NCBI GenBank assembly: GCA_963815095.1
Contig: CAWFFH010000003.1
Coordinates: forward strand, 96,001 to 160,000
Length of the DNA: 64,000 nt
From: Candidatus Bathyarchaeota archaeon
GTDB taxonomy: Archaea; Thermoproteota; Bathyarchaeia; Bathyarchaeales; Bathycorpusculaceae
Reading direction: 5' to 3'
In this document: one piece after another, positions 53,741 to 62,527 of the stretch
How the letters are laid out: every line of letters starts with the position of its first letter
Numbering within the stretch: position 1 is the stretch's first letter
Program-made: the position numbers and the translations under genes
The notes under the pieces: generated by a model
The model's database searches: none
What the model was told of the DNA's origin: nothing
Seen by the model: the letters and a program-made list of their open reading frames with translations, nothing else

Positions 53741-54726
53741 TCGATTGCGCCCCCCTTTACCTTCAACACACGATGTACCAGAACTCCTGCACCAATGTTG
53801 ATGAGCAAGCTAACTATAAGCAGGATTAAACCGACACCAATGTAAGCTGAAACCTGCAAAGAACCTGTCGCCTCTAGAAAACCGTTGGCGATGAGCGAAG
53901 CCATCGTTTGGCCAGGTTGAAAAAGCGATACCGGCATGGCTGCTGGACCCGTCTGGTTGCCGATGAGCATTGCAACGGCCATGGTTTCGCCTACTGCCCT
54001 GCCCAAACCCAGTATTACTGCTCCGAAGATTCCTGACCGCCCGTAATTGATTACCCAATGGCGGATGACTTCCCATTTGGTTGCTCCGATGCTGTAGGCG
54101 CCCTCTCGGATGCTGTTGGGCACTGCGCCTATAACTTCTTTAGAAATCGAAGCCACAGTGGGAATAATCATGATAGCGAGTATGATTCCTGCAGTGAAAA
54201 TATCCAAGCCGATTGGAGTTCCTTTGAAAATAGGAATCCAGCCAAGGTATGTTGACAGGGGTTTTTCTATGTAATCTGCGATCCAATAGTGAAAGACGAA
54301 CAAACCCCATAGGCCGTAGATTACGCTTGGTACAGCCGCCAACAACTCAACCAAGTAACCAATGGGCACCCGAAGCGTTCGCGGCGACATCTCTACAAGG
54401 AAAACCGCGATGCCCAAACTCAAAGGCACCCCGATTAAAAGCGCAATGCCTGAAGTGACAAGTGTGCCCATCACATATGGGAGTGCAGCGTAGACTTCTC
54501 TGCCCTCAACGGGGTTCCATGCGCTGCCGAAGAAAAAGTTTGCACCAAACTTTTGTATTACAGGTCCAGAGCCTGTTGCTAGAACGTAAGTTGTTATGAA
54601 TAGAATAACTACAGCTGAAGCTGCCACGATAGCGGCTAAATTCTTGAATATGAAGTCGCCTGTTAACTTTGATTTTATTTTTGTAAAAAACATTTGGAGG
54701 TGGGGCTGTTTCAGAGCGTTATCCAC
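53737..54726 (-). CDS. pstC: Phosphate ABC transporter permease
   Basis: ELLAAVPSVIYGLWG, GRAVGETMAV. Confidence 0.95.
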   Translation of the reverse strand: MDNALKQPHLQMFFTKIKSKLTGDFIFKNLAAIVAASAVVILFITTYVLATGSGPVIQKFGANFFFGSAWNPVEGREVYAALPYVMGTLVTSGIALLIGVPLSLGIAVFLVEMSPRTLRVPIGYLVELLAAVPSVIYGLWGLFVFHYWIADYIEKPLSTYLGWIPIFKGTPIGLDIFTAGIILAIMIIPTVASISKEVIGAVPNSIREGAYSIGATKWEVIRHWVINYGRSGIFGAVILGLGRAVGETMAVAMLIGNQTGPAAMPVSLFQPGQTMASLIANGFLEATGSLQVSAYIGVGLILLIVSLLINIGAGVLVHRVLKVKGGAIE

Positions 54727-54727
54727 C

Positions 54728-55843
54728 TTAAGTTGTTGCTAGGGTCTGTCCGTTGAAAGTAATGGATTTTATTGTTGTTTCATCAATTTGCACAACATTG
54801 GAGGGCAATTTTGCGTATGATAGTCCAGGGGCAAATTGTTGTCCATCATGCACAACATACCAAAGGAACTGAACGAGTGCTTCCGCTTTATTTTGGTTCA
54901 TATCTGAGAGCACGTTGAGTTCTTTGTAGACGATGAGGTACGTGAAGCTGACGATTGGGTAAGCCTTTGCGTCGGGGGTGTTGAGAAGACTGACATTAGT
55001 CCAACCTTCGCTGCCTGCTGGCAAACCACTCGAAGCGCCCGATTGAACTGCAACAGTAGTTGAATCAAGACTTGGCAAAATCCAGTTTCCTGAGGGGTTT
55101 TGTACGGCAGCTATTGTCATGCTATTCTCAAGCACATATGCTAATTCGACGTAACCGATAGAGTAGGGGTTTCCTTGTACTGTTGACGCAACGCCTGTAT
55201 TGCCACTTGAGCCTGAGCCAACTGGCCACGCCACTGATTTGCTGGATCCGATTGAGCTGTTCCATGCGGGGCTTGAAACGCTGAGATAACTGGTGAAGAT
55301 GAAGGTTGTTCCTGACCCGTCAGAGCGGTGAACGGTATTGATTGTTTGTGCTGGGAGGGTGACGTTTTGGTTGAGGTTTTGGATGGATGGGTCATTCCAT
55401 TTGGTTATGGTTCCTTGGAAAATGTCCGCGATTATTTTGCCAGTTAAGTGTAGACCAGAAGAAACGCCGGGTAGATTGTAAGCGACGGTTACTGCACCTA
55501 TGGTTTCTGGAATGTGCAGAGCGTTGGGTATGTTGGCGGCGTCAGATGCAGTGAGAGGTGCGTCTGAGGCTGCAAAATCCACGGTTGCTTGCGATTGCTT
55601 GTAAGCAGATATTCCTCCTCCGCTGCCGATGGGTTGATAGTTTACTTGGACGCTGGGTTTAACGTTTGTTGAGTAATTGCTTATTATAGAATTAAGCAGT
55701 GGATAGGGGAATGTTGCGCCGGCGCCCTGCAGATTGATTGTTTGGACGGCTCCAGGTTGTGAGAGGTAAACATATGCTGCTACTGAGCCGAGAAGTATTG
55801 CGATTGCGACTATTGCGGTTACAACGAGATATTTAGTGTTCAT
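54728..55843 (-). CDS. pstS: Phosphate-binding protein (copy 1)
   Basis: GAGATFP, GSGGG, RSDGSGTT, GYVE; N-terminal anchor from ATG 55843. Confidence 0.95.
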   Translation of the reverse strand: MNTKYLVVTAIVAIAILLGSVAAYVYLSQPGAVQTINLQGAGATFPYPLLNSIISNYSTNVKPSVQVNYQPIGSGGGISAYKQSQATVDFAASDAPLTASDAANIPNALHIPETIGAVTVAYNLPGVSSGLHLTGKIIADIFQGTITKWNDPSIQNLNQNVTLPAQTINTVHRSDGSGTTFIFTSYLSVSSPAWNSSIGSSKSVAWPVGSGSSGNTGVASTVQGNPYSIGYVELAYVLENSMTIAAVQNPSGNWILPSLDSTTVAVQSGASSGLPAGSEGWTNVSLLNTPDAKAYPIVSFTYLIVYKELNVLSDMNQNKAEALVQFLWYVVHDGQQFAPGLSYAKLPSNVVQIDETTIKSITFNGQTLATT

Positions 55844-55962
55844 ATTTTCATTCCTCGTGTTTGTATAATTACAAAAGCGCGTGTTGTTATATAGTAAATC
55901 TACATAATATTTATAGTCTATATAGACATACCTAATATAATGACTTCCCATAGAGAGAGTAA

Positions 55963-57024
55963 TTGATGTCAAGCGTCACAAAAGAAACAGAAAATCCAAG
56001 TGGAGAACAACGCAAACTCCAAGTTACTGGCGGATCAACTTTCATACTTTCTCTGCCCAAAGACTGGGCTACCAAGAACGAGCTCAAACGTGGAAGTTCC
56101 ATGGTGGTCCGCGAAGAAGAAGATGGATCCCTCTCAATCGCACCTGCTAATTTTCCGAAAAAAGAAAAACAAGACGAAGCCTACATCAAAGCCTCATTAA
56201 ACGACAACCCCGACGCCGTCATGCGAACCGCAATCTCCGCATATCTTAGCGGCTACAACGTACTACACATTAGAGCTCAAGGGCAAAAAGTGCTTTCCTC
56301 AAAACTACGAAACCACCTCAAAACCTTCGCCAGGCATTACCTCGTCGGAACAGAAATCGTCATCGACACCCCAATTGAACTCACCTTGCAGGTTTTACTC
56401 AACTATCCAGAACTCACAGTTCAAAACGCGTTAAGCCGCATGTCAATTATTGGATCTTCTATGCACCGGGAGGCCATTACAGCATTAAAAAAACTTGATT
56501 ATGCCAGCGCCAAAGCCGTGATAGAAACTGACCGTGAAGTAAACCGCTTCAGTCTCTACATCGTGAGGTTGTTGAAGTTGGCTGTTTCGAATCAGCGCAT
56601 AGTTAAAGACATCGGCTTAACCAGCCAAAAAGAATGCTTAGGCTATAGACTTATCGCCAGAGCCGTTGAGAGAACAGCCGACCACGCGACTAAAATTGCA
56701 GAAAACACTTTGCTGCTTAAAGACCCTGTAAACGATGAGATTTTAGATAGAATAAGTCAGCTTAGTGATTTGGCTATTTCGATGTTTGAAACTTCCATGG
56801 AAGCGTTGTTTAAACATGATTTTAACCTGGCCGAGACCGTCATCGAAAAACTAAGTCAAGTGCATAAACTTGAGAAGGAAACCGTTCTGTACTCTCACAA
56901 CGCCAAGATTGAAGAAATCGTTAATTTGAGATTGATAATTGAGAGTGTTAGGCGAACGGCGGAGTATGCTACGGACATTTCTGAAGTTGTGCTTAACCTA
57001 AATGTTGAATCGGTTCTGAGTTAA
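55963..57024 (+). CDS. Archaeal phosphate-uptake regulator (AbrB-like N-domain plus two PhoU repeats)
   Basis: RKLQVTGGSTFILSLPKDW, ERTADH, RRTAEY. Confidence 0.9.
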   Translation: MMSSVTKETENPSGEQRKLQVTGGSTFILSLPKDWATKNELKRGSSMVVREEEDGSLSIAPANFPKKEKQDEAYIKASLNDNPDAVMRTAISAYLSGYNVLHIRAQGQKVLSSKLRNHLKTFARHYLVGTEIVIDTPIELTLQVLLNYPELTVQNALSRMSIIGSSMHREAITALKKLDYASAKAVIETDREVNRFSLYIVRLLKLAVSNQRIVKDIGLTSQKECLGYRLIARAVERTADHATKIAENTLLLKDPVNDEILDRISQLSDLAISMFETSMEALFKHDFNLAETVIEKLSQVHKLEKETVLYSHNAKIEEIVNLRLIIESVRRTAEYATDISEVVLNLNVESVLS

Positions 57025-57235
57025 TAATTTCTTTTTTCCTTTTCTTAGCTACGATTTGATTGATTTATTATTTCAACATTTTAAGGGTTGAAAAAGCCAT
57101 TTCCCACCTACCCCTCTATAGTTTCTGCATGGATCAGCTATCAGGATCCAAATGATCAAACAGACAAAACAACTTGGGATGGTTAAGAACTTAAGCTAAT
57201 AATTCTAAAAAAATAAAAAGTTGGGGTAGATTATT

Positions 57236-58495
57236 TTAGCTCGTGTAGACTACAGCGCCGTTGAAGGTTATCGACTTGATGGTTGTTTCATCGATGCTGA
57301 TGACGTTTGCTGGTAGTGAGGCGTAGGATAATGCGGGTGCTTGATCTTGACCATTGTGTACCACATACCAGAGCCATTGAACGAGTGCGGTTGCATCGTT
57401 TTGACTTAAGCCGGGTATCACGTTTAGTTCTTTGTAGACAATTATGTAGCTGAAGCTTACGATAGGGTACGCGTTTGCTTCGGGTGCGTTGAGGATGTTT
57501 ACGCTTGTCCAGCTTGCGCTGCCTGCTGGTAACCCTGCTGAAGCGACTGATTGGGCTGCTACTGTCGTGGTGGCGAGTGATGGAATAATCCAGTTTCCGG
57601 CTGGGTTCTGAACTGCTGCGACTGTCATGCTGTTTTGTACTGTGTAAGCTAATTCGACGTAGCCGATGGTGTATGGTTGACCTTGAACCAACGTTGCAAC
57701 GCCGGTGTTGCCGTTAGAGGCATATCCTACTGGCCACGATACTGATTTGCTTTGTCCGATTGCTGTGCTCCATGCGGTGCTTGAGGCAGTAAGGTACCCT
57801 GTGAAGACGAAGGTTGTTCCAGAGCTGTCTGAGCGGTGTACTGTTATTATTGATTTTGCTGGAAGGGTTACAGTTGGGTTTAAGGCTGTTATTGCGGGAT
57901 CGTTCCACATTGTTATAGTTCCTTGGTAGATGTCTGCGATTATTTTGCCAGTTAAGTGTAAGCCTGTTGCTACTCCAGGCAGGTTGTAGGCTACGGTTAC
58001 TGCGCCGATGGTTTCTGGAATGTGTAGAGCATTAGGTATGTTAGCTGCATCTGAAGCGCTTAAGGGTGCATCTGAGGCTCCGAAGTCAACCGTTTTTTGA
58101 GTTAATGCGGTGATTCCGCCGCCGCTGCCGATTGATTGGTAGTTTACTTGTATGTTGGGGTTGGTATGGGTGTAGTTGATAATCATTGCATTAAGCAGTG
58201 GGTAGGGGAATGTTGCTCCTGCACCTGTCAATGATGCGGGTACAGGTGTTGGCGTTGGGCTGGGTGACGATGTTGGGGTCGGTGAAGTTGTCGGGTGAGC
58301 GGTTGGGCTTGCAGTAGTCGATGTTGTTGGTACTGCAGTTGGGCTAGCGATTGGTGAAGCGGTAGGCGTTGGGGTTGGTGTGGGCGCGGTTGAATTTGAG
58401 CCCATGTAAGCGTATGCTGCTACTGAGCCGATTATTATGGCGATTACAACTATTGCTATTGCGATTGAATATGTTGCTTTCATATTTTTTCCCAT
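57236..58495 (-). CDS. pstS: Phosphate-binding protein (copy 2) with Pro/Thr/Ser linker
   Basis: Paralogue of copy 1; membrane anchor, then PTPTPT linker, then GAGATFP. Confidence 0.94.
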   Translation of the reverse strand: MGKNMKATYSIAIAIVVIAIIIGSVAAYAYMGSNSTAPTPTPTPTASPIASPTAVPTTSTTASPTAHPTTSPTPTSSPSPTPTPVPASLTGAGATFPYPLLNAMIINYTHTNPNIQVNYQSIGSGGGITALTQKTVDFGASDAPLSASDAANIPNALHIPETIGAVTVAYNLPGVATGLHLTGKIIADIYQGTITMWNDPAITALNPTVTLPAKSIITVHRSDSSGTTFVFTGYLTASSTAWSTAIGQSKSVSWPVGYASNGNTGVATLVQGQPYTIGYVELAYTVQNSMTVAAVQNPAGNWIIPSLATTTVAAQSVASAGLPAGSASWTSVNILNAPEANAYPIVSFSYIIVYKELNVIPGLSQNDATALVQWLWYVVHNGQDQAPALSYASLPANVISIDETTIKSITFNGAVVYTS

Positions 58496-58692
58496 TTGGG
58501 TTTATAGAAAACTGGGTAATATAGTCGCCCAACATAGATTACAAAAGCAATATAGTTCACAATAGTTCAATATATAATAAATATAAAAGTGAAATTAATG
58601 AATCAAAATAAAATTAAATTACAAATTTATGATAAATATAGAAAACAAAAAAACTCTCAGTTTTAAGGGAACATACAGGCAAACGTGCCAAA

Positions 58693-58893
58693 TCATTGAA
58701 ACGCTTGTATGAAGCAAACAACTTCAGGACTTTGATTTATACTCGCACTGTCAATTAGGTGTGCTGTACCATCAGGACAGTAGACTTTGTCACCTTTATG
58801 GGCTTTTTGATACCGTTTGCTGCATTCTTTAAGTTTGGAGCAGCCATCACAATCTCTTGATAACATTCTTCTTTTCACCTCTACTTTATTCAA
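58693..58893 (-). CDS. Small Cys-rich protein
   Basis: CDGCSKLKEC..VYCPDG..H. Confidence 0.6.
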   Translation of the reverse strand: MNKVEVKRRMLSRDCDGCSKLKECSKRYQKAHKGDKVYCPDGTAHLIDSASINQSPEVVCFIQAFQ

Positions 58894-59028
58894 GACTTAA
58901 CATACCCAAAGTCACCTATAGAGATGACCACTATAATCTATATATAACAAATAGAACCAACCAATAAAAACTACTAAAAAGTACGAGAACATTTAAGAAA
59001 CAAAGAAAACACTCAACCTAAGACAGCA

Positions 59029-59685
59029 ATGAACCAGAAAAGATGGAAAGCAAAAGGCATTTTTTTGGATTTAGACGGCACCTTAGTAGACTCCTCAGGA
59101 GCTTACATCGAAGCTGCCAGAATTGCCTTCCAAGTCACAAGGAAAAAAATGCCTGAAACCAAAATTCTCCTTGAAATTCCAAAAAGACTAGAGCAACACA
59201 TACCAATCGACGACCTAACCAATGGGGATACAAAAGAGTTCATGAAAGTATACTTGAAAGCATACTATTCTGTTACTGAAGCAAAAACTACGCTTATGCC
59301 CAACGTTTCAGCAACGCTAAAATCCCTTTCGGGAAAGGCTAAACTGGCTTTGATAACAATGCGTCATTGTCCAAACCAAGTTATCGTCAAAGAATTGGAT
59401 TATTTTGGAATTGCAAAATACTTCACCCACATCGTAACCGCCATGGACACCGCTAAACCTAAGCCATCACCTGAAGCATTAATCCAATGCGTCGAAAAAT
59501 TAGACCTTGAAATGTGCGACTGCATCATTGCCGGAGACTCAGTTAATGACGTGCGGGCGGGGAAATCGGCGGGTGCAAGAACTGTTGCATTGCTTTCAGG
59601 GCTCTATCTACGTGACGAACTTGCGAAAGAATGCCCAGATTTGATATTGCCCAATGTTAGTTTACTGCCAGAGTTCATTGAATAA
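59029..59685 (+). CDS. HAD-family hydrolase (PpaX/phosphoglycolate phosphatase-like)
   Basis: DLDGTLVDS, KPKP, GDSVND. Confidence 0.9.
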   Translation: MNQKRWKAKGIFLDLDGTLVDSSGAYIEAARIAFQVTRKKMPETKILLEIPKRLEQHIPIDDLTNGDTKEFMKVYLKAYYSVTEAKTTLMPNVSATLKSLSGKAKLALITMRHCPNQVIVKELDYFGIAKYFTHIVTAMDTAKPKPSPEALIQCVEKLDLEMCDCIIAGDSVNDVRAGKSAGARTVALLSGLYLRDELAKECPDLILPNVSLLPEFIE

Positions 59686-59784
59686 ACCTCTTTTGGTATA
59701 TCAGAACTCATAATATTGCTATAATCCGCCTAGTCAGTTATATGCCTTAGAAAAAATAAGGTTTAATTAAAACCTCAATCCTAA

Positions 59785-60432
59785 GTGAATATGGAGAAGG
59801 CTTCAGCGGGAATGATAATGAACTTTGTAGAGATTATGCTAGGGGAGAAATTGAAGGATGCAGATCCAGCTCTAGATATAATGGGCTCGGACCGTAAAGT
59901 TTTGCAAGTAGCTTGTCAAGACTTCACCAACTACCTAAAGTTCCATTGGAACCTAATCGGAAAAGAAGCAAACCAATGCGAACTAGTAGAGAGGCTGGAG
60001 AAGCTCTTCAAAGAAGACACAGCAGAACTAGAGGCATTTCTAACTGTTTGGACAGGCATTTGGTTTAAGAAATGGAAAGAACGCGTTAAACTGCTCATCG
60101 GCAACCAGAACGCTAACAAATGGAACAAAATGTCAAAAACGCTAACAGACGCCGAACCACTATGGCGAAAAATCGAGCATAAACAAGAACTCCAAGAAGT
60201 TGTAATTGCTACACTTATAAAGAACGGCGAAGTTTGCGGCACCGAAATCTTAGCGGAAAACCTCTTAAAAATGGAACTTGGAGAAAAGAACCTTCAAAAC
60301 GTCAACGACAAAGACAGACTCTTCACCACACTAAACAATTCGTTGCGTAAAGCTCGAGAAATGGCGCAGAGCAAGGGTCCATTAATCTTCGTTAAAGTCG
60401 ACAAAGGCTACTATAACGCACTAAACGAATAA
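59785..60432 (+). CDS. Hypothetical protein
   Basis: 215-aa helical ORF; no family recognised. Confidence 0.75.
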   Translation: MNMEKASAGMIMNFVEIMLGEKLKDADPALDIMGSDRKVLQVACQDFTNYLKFHWNLIGKEANQCELVERLEKLFKEDTAELEAFLTVWTGIWFKKWKERVKLLIGNQNANKWNKMSKTLTDAEPLWRKIEHKQELQEVVIATLIKNGEVCGTEILAENLLKMELGEKNLQNVNDKDRLFTTLNNSLRKAREMAQSKGPLIFVKVDKGYYNALNE

Positions 60433-60642
60433 ACCATTAAATTTTTCTTTCTTATTTTTGTAAATTTTTATTTGAGTAAACCTTGCACAATTTTATTCGT
60501 AATTGAGCACTTAAAAGGTAGCACTCTGCTTAACCAGCAATGCTTTCAGTAAATGTTTTTCAGCAAAATCTAACTTTGTTACTAAATAAATAGAGAATAT
60601 ATTTTAGGTTAAAAATTTTAAAAACAAAGATAACGGGCGAGT

Positions 60643-60831
60643 TTAGCAGATTCTTTGTCTTTGAAGAGTCTTAGTTCGCCACTTGTATCGTCTGATGGTC
60701 GCTTGTTCGCCAAAACCGCAAGCCGCACAACGTTTATGTCGTACGTGATACGCACGCCTGCCGCAACGTCTACACATAATGTGGACAGTTTTGCCCTGGC
60801 GCTTGCCCATTGATGGAGTTCCTTTTCCCAT
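60643..60831 (-). CDS. rpl37e: 50S ribosomal protein L37e
   Basis: [24 protein letters not shown]. Confidence 0.97.
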   Translation of the reverse strand: MGKGTPSMGKRQGKTVHIMCRRCGRRAYHVRHKRCAACGFGEQATIRRYKWRTKTLQRQRIC

Positions 60832-60836
60832 TCAAC

Positions 60837-61064
60837 TCACCTTGGTGGCGGTGAAATAAGGACTACGTTGTCTCCGCGGACAATAATGAGTCCCAGTTTC
60901 TTTTGATCTTCAACTACAGTAGTGTCTTCTGTTTCTTCTAAAACTAAGTTTAAGTGCTGATCGAAACCCTTCAGTCTTCCTCTGAGGCTTTTGCCGCCTT
61001 TTAAGCGTACAAGTACGATTTTGCTGAGATTTTGTTCAAGGATTTCGGTTGTCATTTCGCTCAT
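60837..61064 (-). CDS. Sm-like archaeal protein (SmAP1/Lsm)
   Basis: GFDQHLNLVL, IVRGDNV; known linkage with rpl37e. Confidence 0.96.
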   Translation of the reverse strand: MSEMTTEILEQNLSKIVLVRLKGGKSLRGRLKGFDQHLNLVLEETEDTTVVEDQKKLGLIIVRGDNVVLISPPPR

Positions 61065-61159
61065 TTTGGAATCCTCATGTATCTTTATGTCTTCTATACT
61101 TGAACTCTCCCCATTTAAACCTATCTAAGGTGCTATATTGATTAAGTGTGTCACCTAGT

Positions 61160-61278
61160 TGGTCCAAGCTTCAGGGGGTTTGGGGTGGATTGATGCTTGC
61201 ACTTATAAGGTTGAGAGGTACTCATTTTTGGATAAGTAAACGGGAACCTTAACACTTCATTGAGGAAGGACCAGTGCA
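61160..61278 (+). ncRNA. Possible structured 5' leader of the DedA-like gene
   Basis: Closing stem TGGTCC/GGACCA plus internal stems; no family assigned. Confidence 0.3.
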
Positions 61279-61966
61279 GAACAAGCTAAAAAAAAACCGA
61301 GCCGCCATACTAATCGTTGCAATAATCGCTATTGCCCTAGTTGCCGCTGTACTGATTTTTCTAAATTCCCAAAACGCCTATGTACTTTTGTTTGCGGTTG
61401 CCTTCGGATTAAACCTCATTCCGTTCGCAGGACCCTCAAATCTTCTTATCGCATCTTCAGCTGCCGTCGCATTAGTAAATCCTGGGCTTGGAGAACTGTT
61501 TTTCATAGGCTTGATAATCGCTACTGCATCGGCGTTAGCTAAAGGCATCCACTACATGATCACATTCTTTGTCAGCGGCCACTTAAGCGAGAAAAGGCAA
61601 GCACGGCTCGATGCTGACGGAGCAAAAGTTAAGCGCTGGGCATTCCCCCTACTCTTCATTGCAGCGGCAACACCTATCCCTGATGAACCTGTGGTTATTC
61701 CGCTTGGACTCATGAAGTACAGCCCCGCCAAGTTTTTTTCCGCTTACTTTTTAGGAAAACTCGCAATTACCATTCCAGGCGCGCTTCTGGGGAATTTGGC
61801 AGGTGACGTATTTTCAGCTTACCTAAGCCCAATTGCAATGGTTATAATCTCCATCGTATTAACCGTCGTCATAACAGTTATCCTGCTCAAAGTCGATGTT
61901 GGCAAGATTGCAGAGAAATACCTCAAAAATAGACAGGATCAAAAGAAGCAAACCGAGAAAAACTAA
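61274..61966 (+). CDS. VTT/DedA (SNARE-associated) membrane protein
   Basis: NLIPFAGP, AATPIPDE, PLGLMKY..F..GK. Confidence 0.8.
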   Translation: MQNKLKKNRAAILIVAIIAIALVAAVLIFLNSQNAYVLLFAVAFGLNLIPFAGPSNLLIASSAAVALVNPGLGELFFIGLIIATASALAKGIHYMITFFVSGHLSEKRQARLDADGAKVKRWAFPLLFIAAATPIPDEPVVIPLGLMKYSPAKFFSAYFLGKLAITIPGALLGNLAGDVFSAYLSPIAMVIISIVLTVVITVILLKVDVGKIAEKYLKNRQDQKKQTEKN

Positions 61967-62000
61967 ATAGCCAGCAAGAACCAAGTACTGAAGGTTAAAC

Positions 62001-62489
62001 ATGCCCACGCAACGCAGATACCCCCTTAAAGCCAAAGAAGCGAAACAAATAGTTGAGGAAGCCTCAAAAAAACTAAAGCTTGAATTAGAAGTTAAAGCTA
62101 ACGTTGAAGTCGTGGAATCCGACGTCGGCGAAATTTACCTTATCGAAGGAAAACCAATCCTCTACAAGTCAGGCGACAAAATCTTGCCAACATTACTTTT
62201 CACGGAGTTCACGGCTAAAGCCCCAAAAATTGTGGTTGATATGGGCGCCATTCCCTACGTGTGCAAAGGCGCAACAGTTATGGCTCCGGGCATCGTGCGC
62301 ATCGAAGGCGCATTCGGCAAAAACGACCTTGTTCTCATCGTGGACATGAAGCATGGCAAATCCTTAGCGATTGGCGAAAGTCTTCTTGATTACGAAACCG
62401 CCAAACAGACTAAGAAAGGACCTGTCGTTAAAACGCTACATTATGTAAGTGACAAAATCTGGGACTACATAAAAACTCTAGCCGAATAA
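62001..62489 (+). CDS. PUA-domain RNA-binding protein (MCT-1/Tma20-like)
   Basis: LPTL, VDMGAIPYVCKGA.VMAPG, LHYVSD.IW. Confidence 0.9.
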   Translation: MPTQRRYPLKAKEAKQIVEEASKKLKLELEVKANVEVVESDVGEIYLIEGKPILYKSGDKILPTLLFTEFTAKAPKIVVDMGAIPYVCKGATVMAPGIVRIEGAFGKNDLVLIVDMKHGKSLAIGESLLDYETAKQTKKGPVVKTLHYVSDKIWDYIKTLAE

Positions 62490-62527
62490 CCTATGCTTAT
62501 TAATGTCTAATTGTTAATTTTTCGGTT

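Noticed and set aside
55844-55972. N-terminal extension of pstS1 in the ORF track (likewise metG 2996-3106)
   Set aside because: Runs through promoter DNA and overlaps the divergent gene; the downstream ATG gives a normal N-terminus
61200-61260. Cobalamin or c-di-AMP riboswitch (AAGGTT..AAACGGGAA; TTGGGGTGGA)
   Set aside because: Downstream conserved cores (CCCGCAACTGT / GCTAAC) are absent
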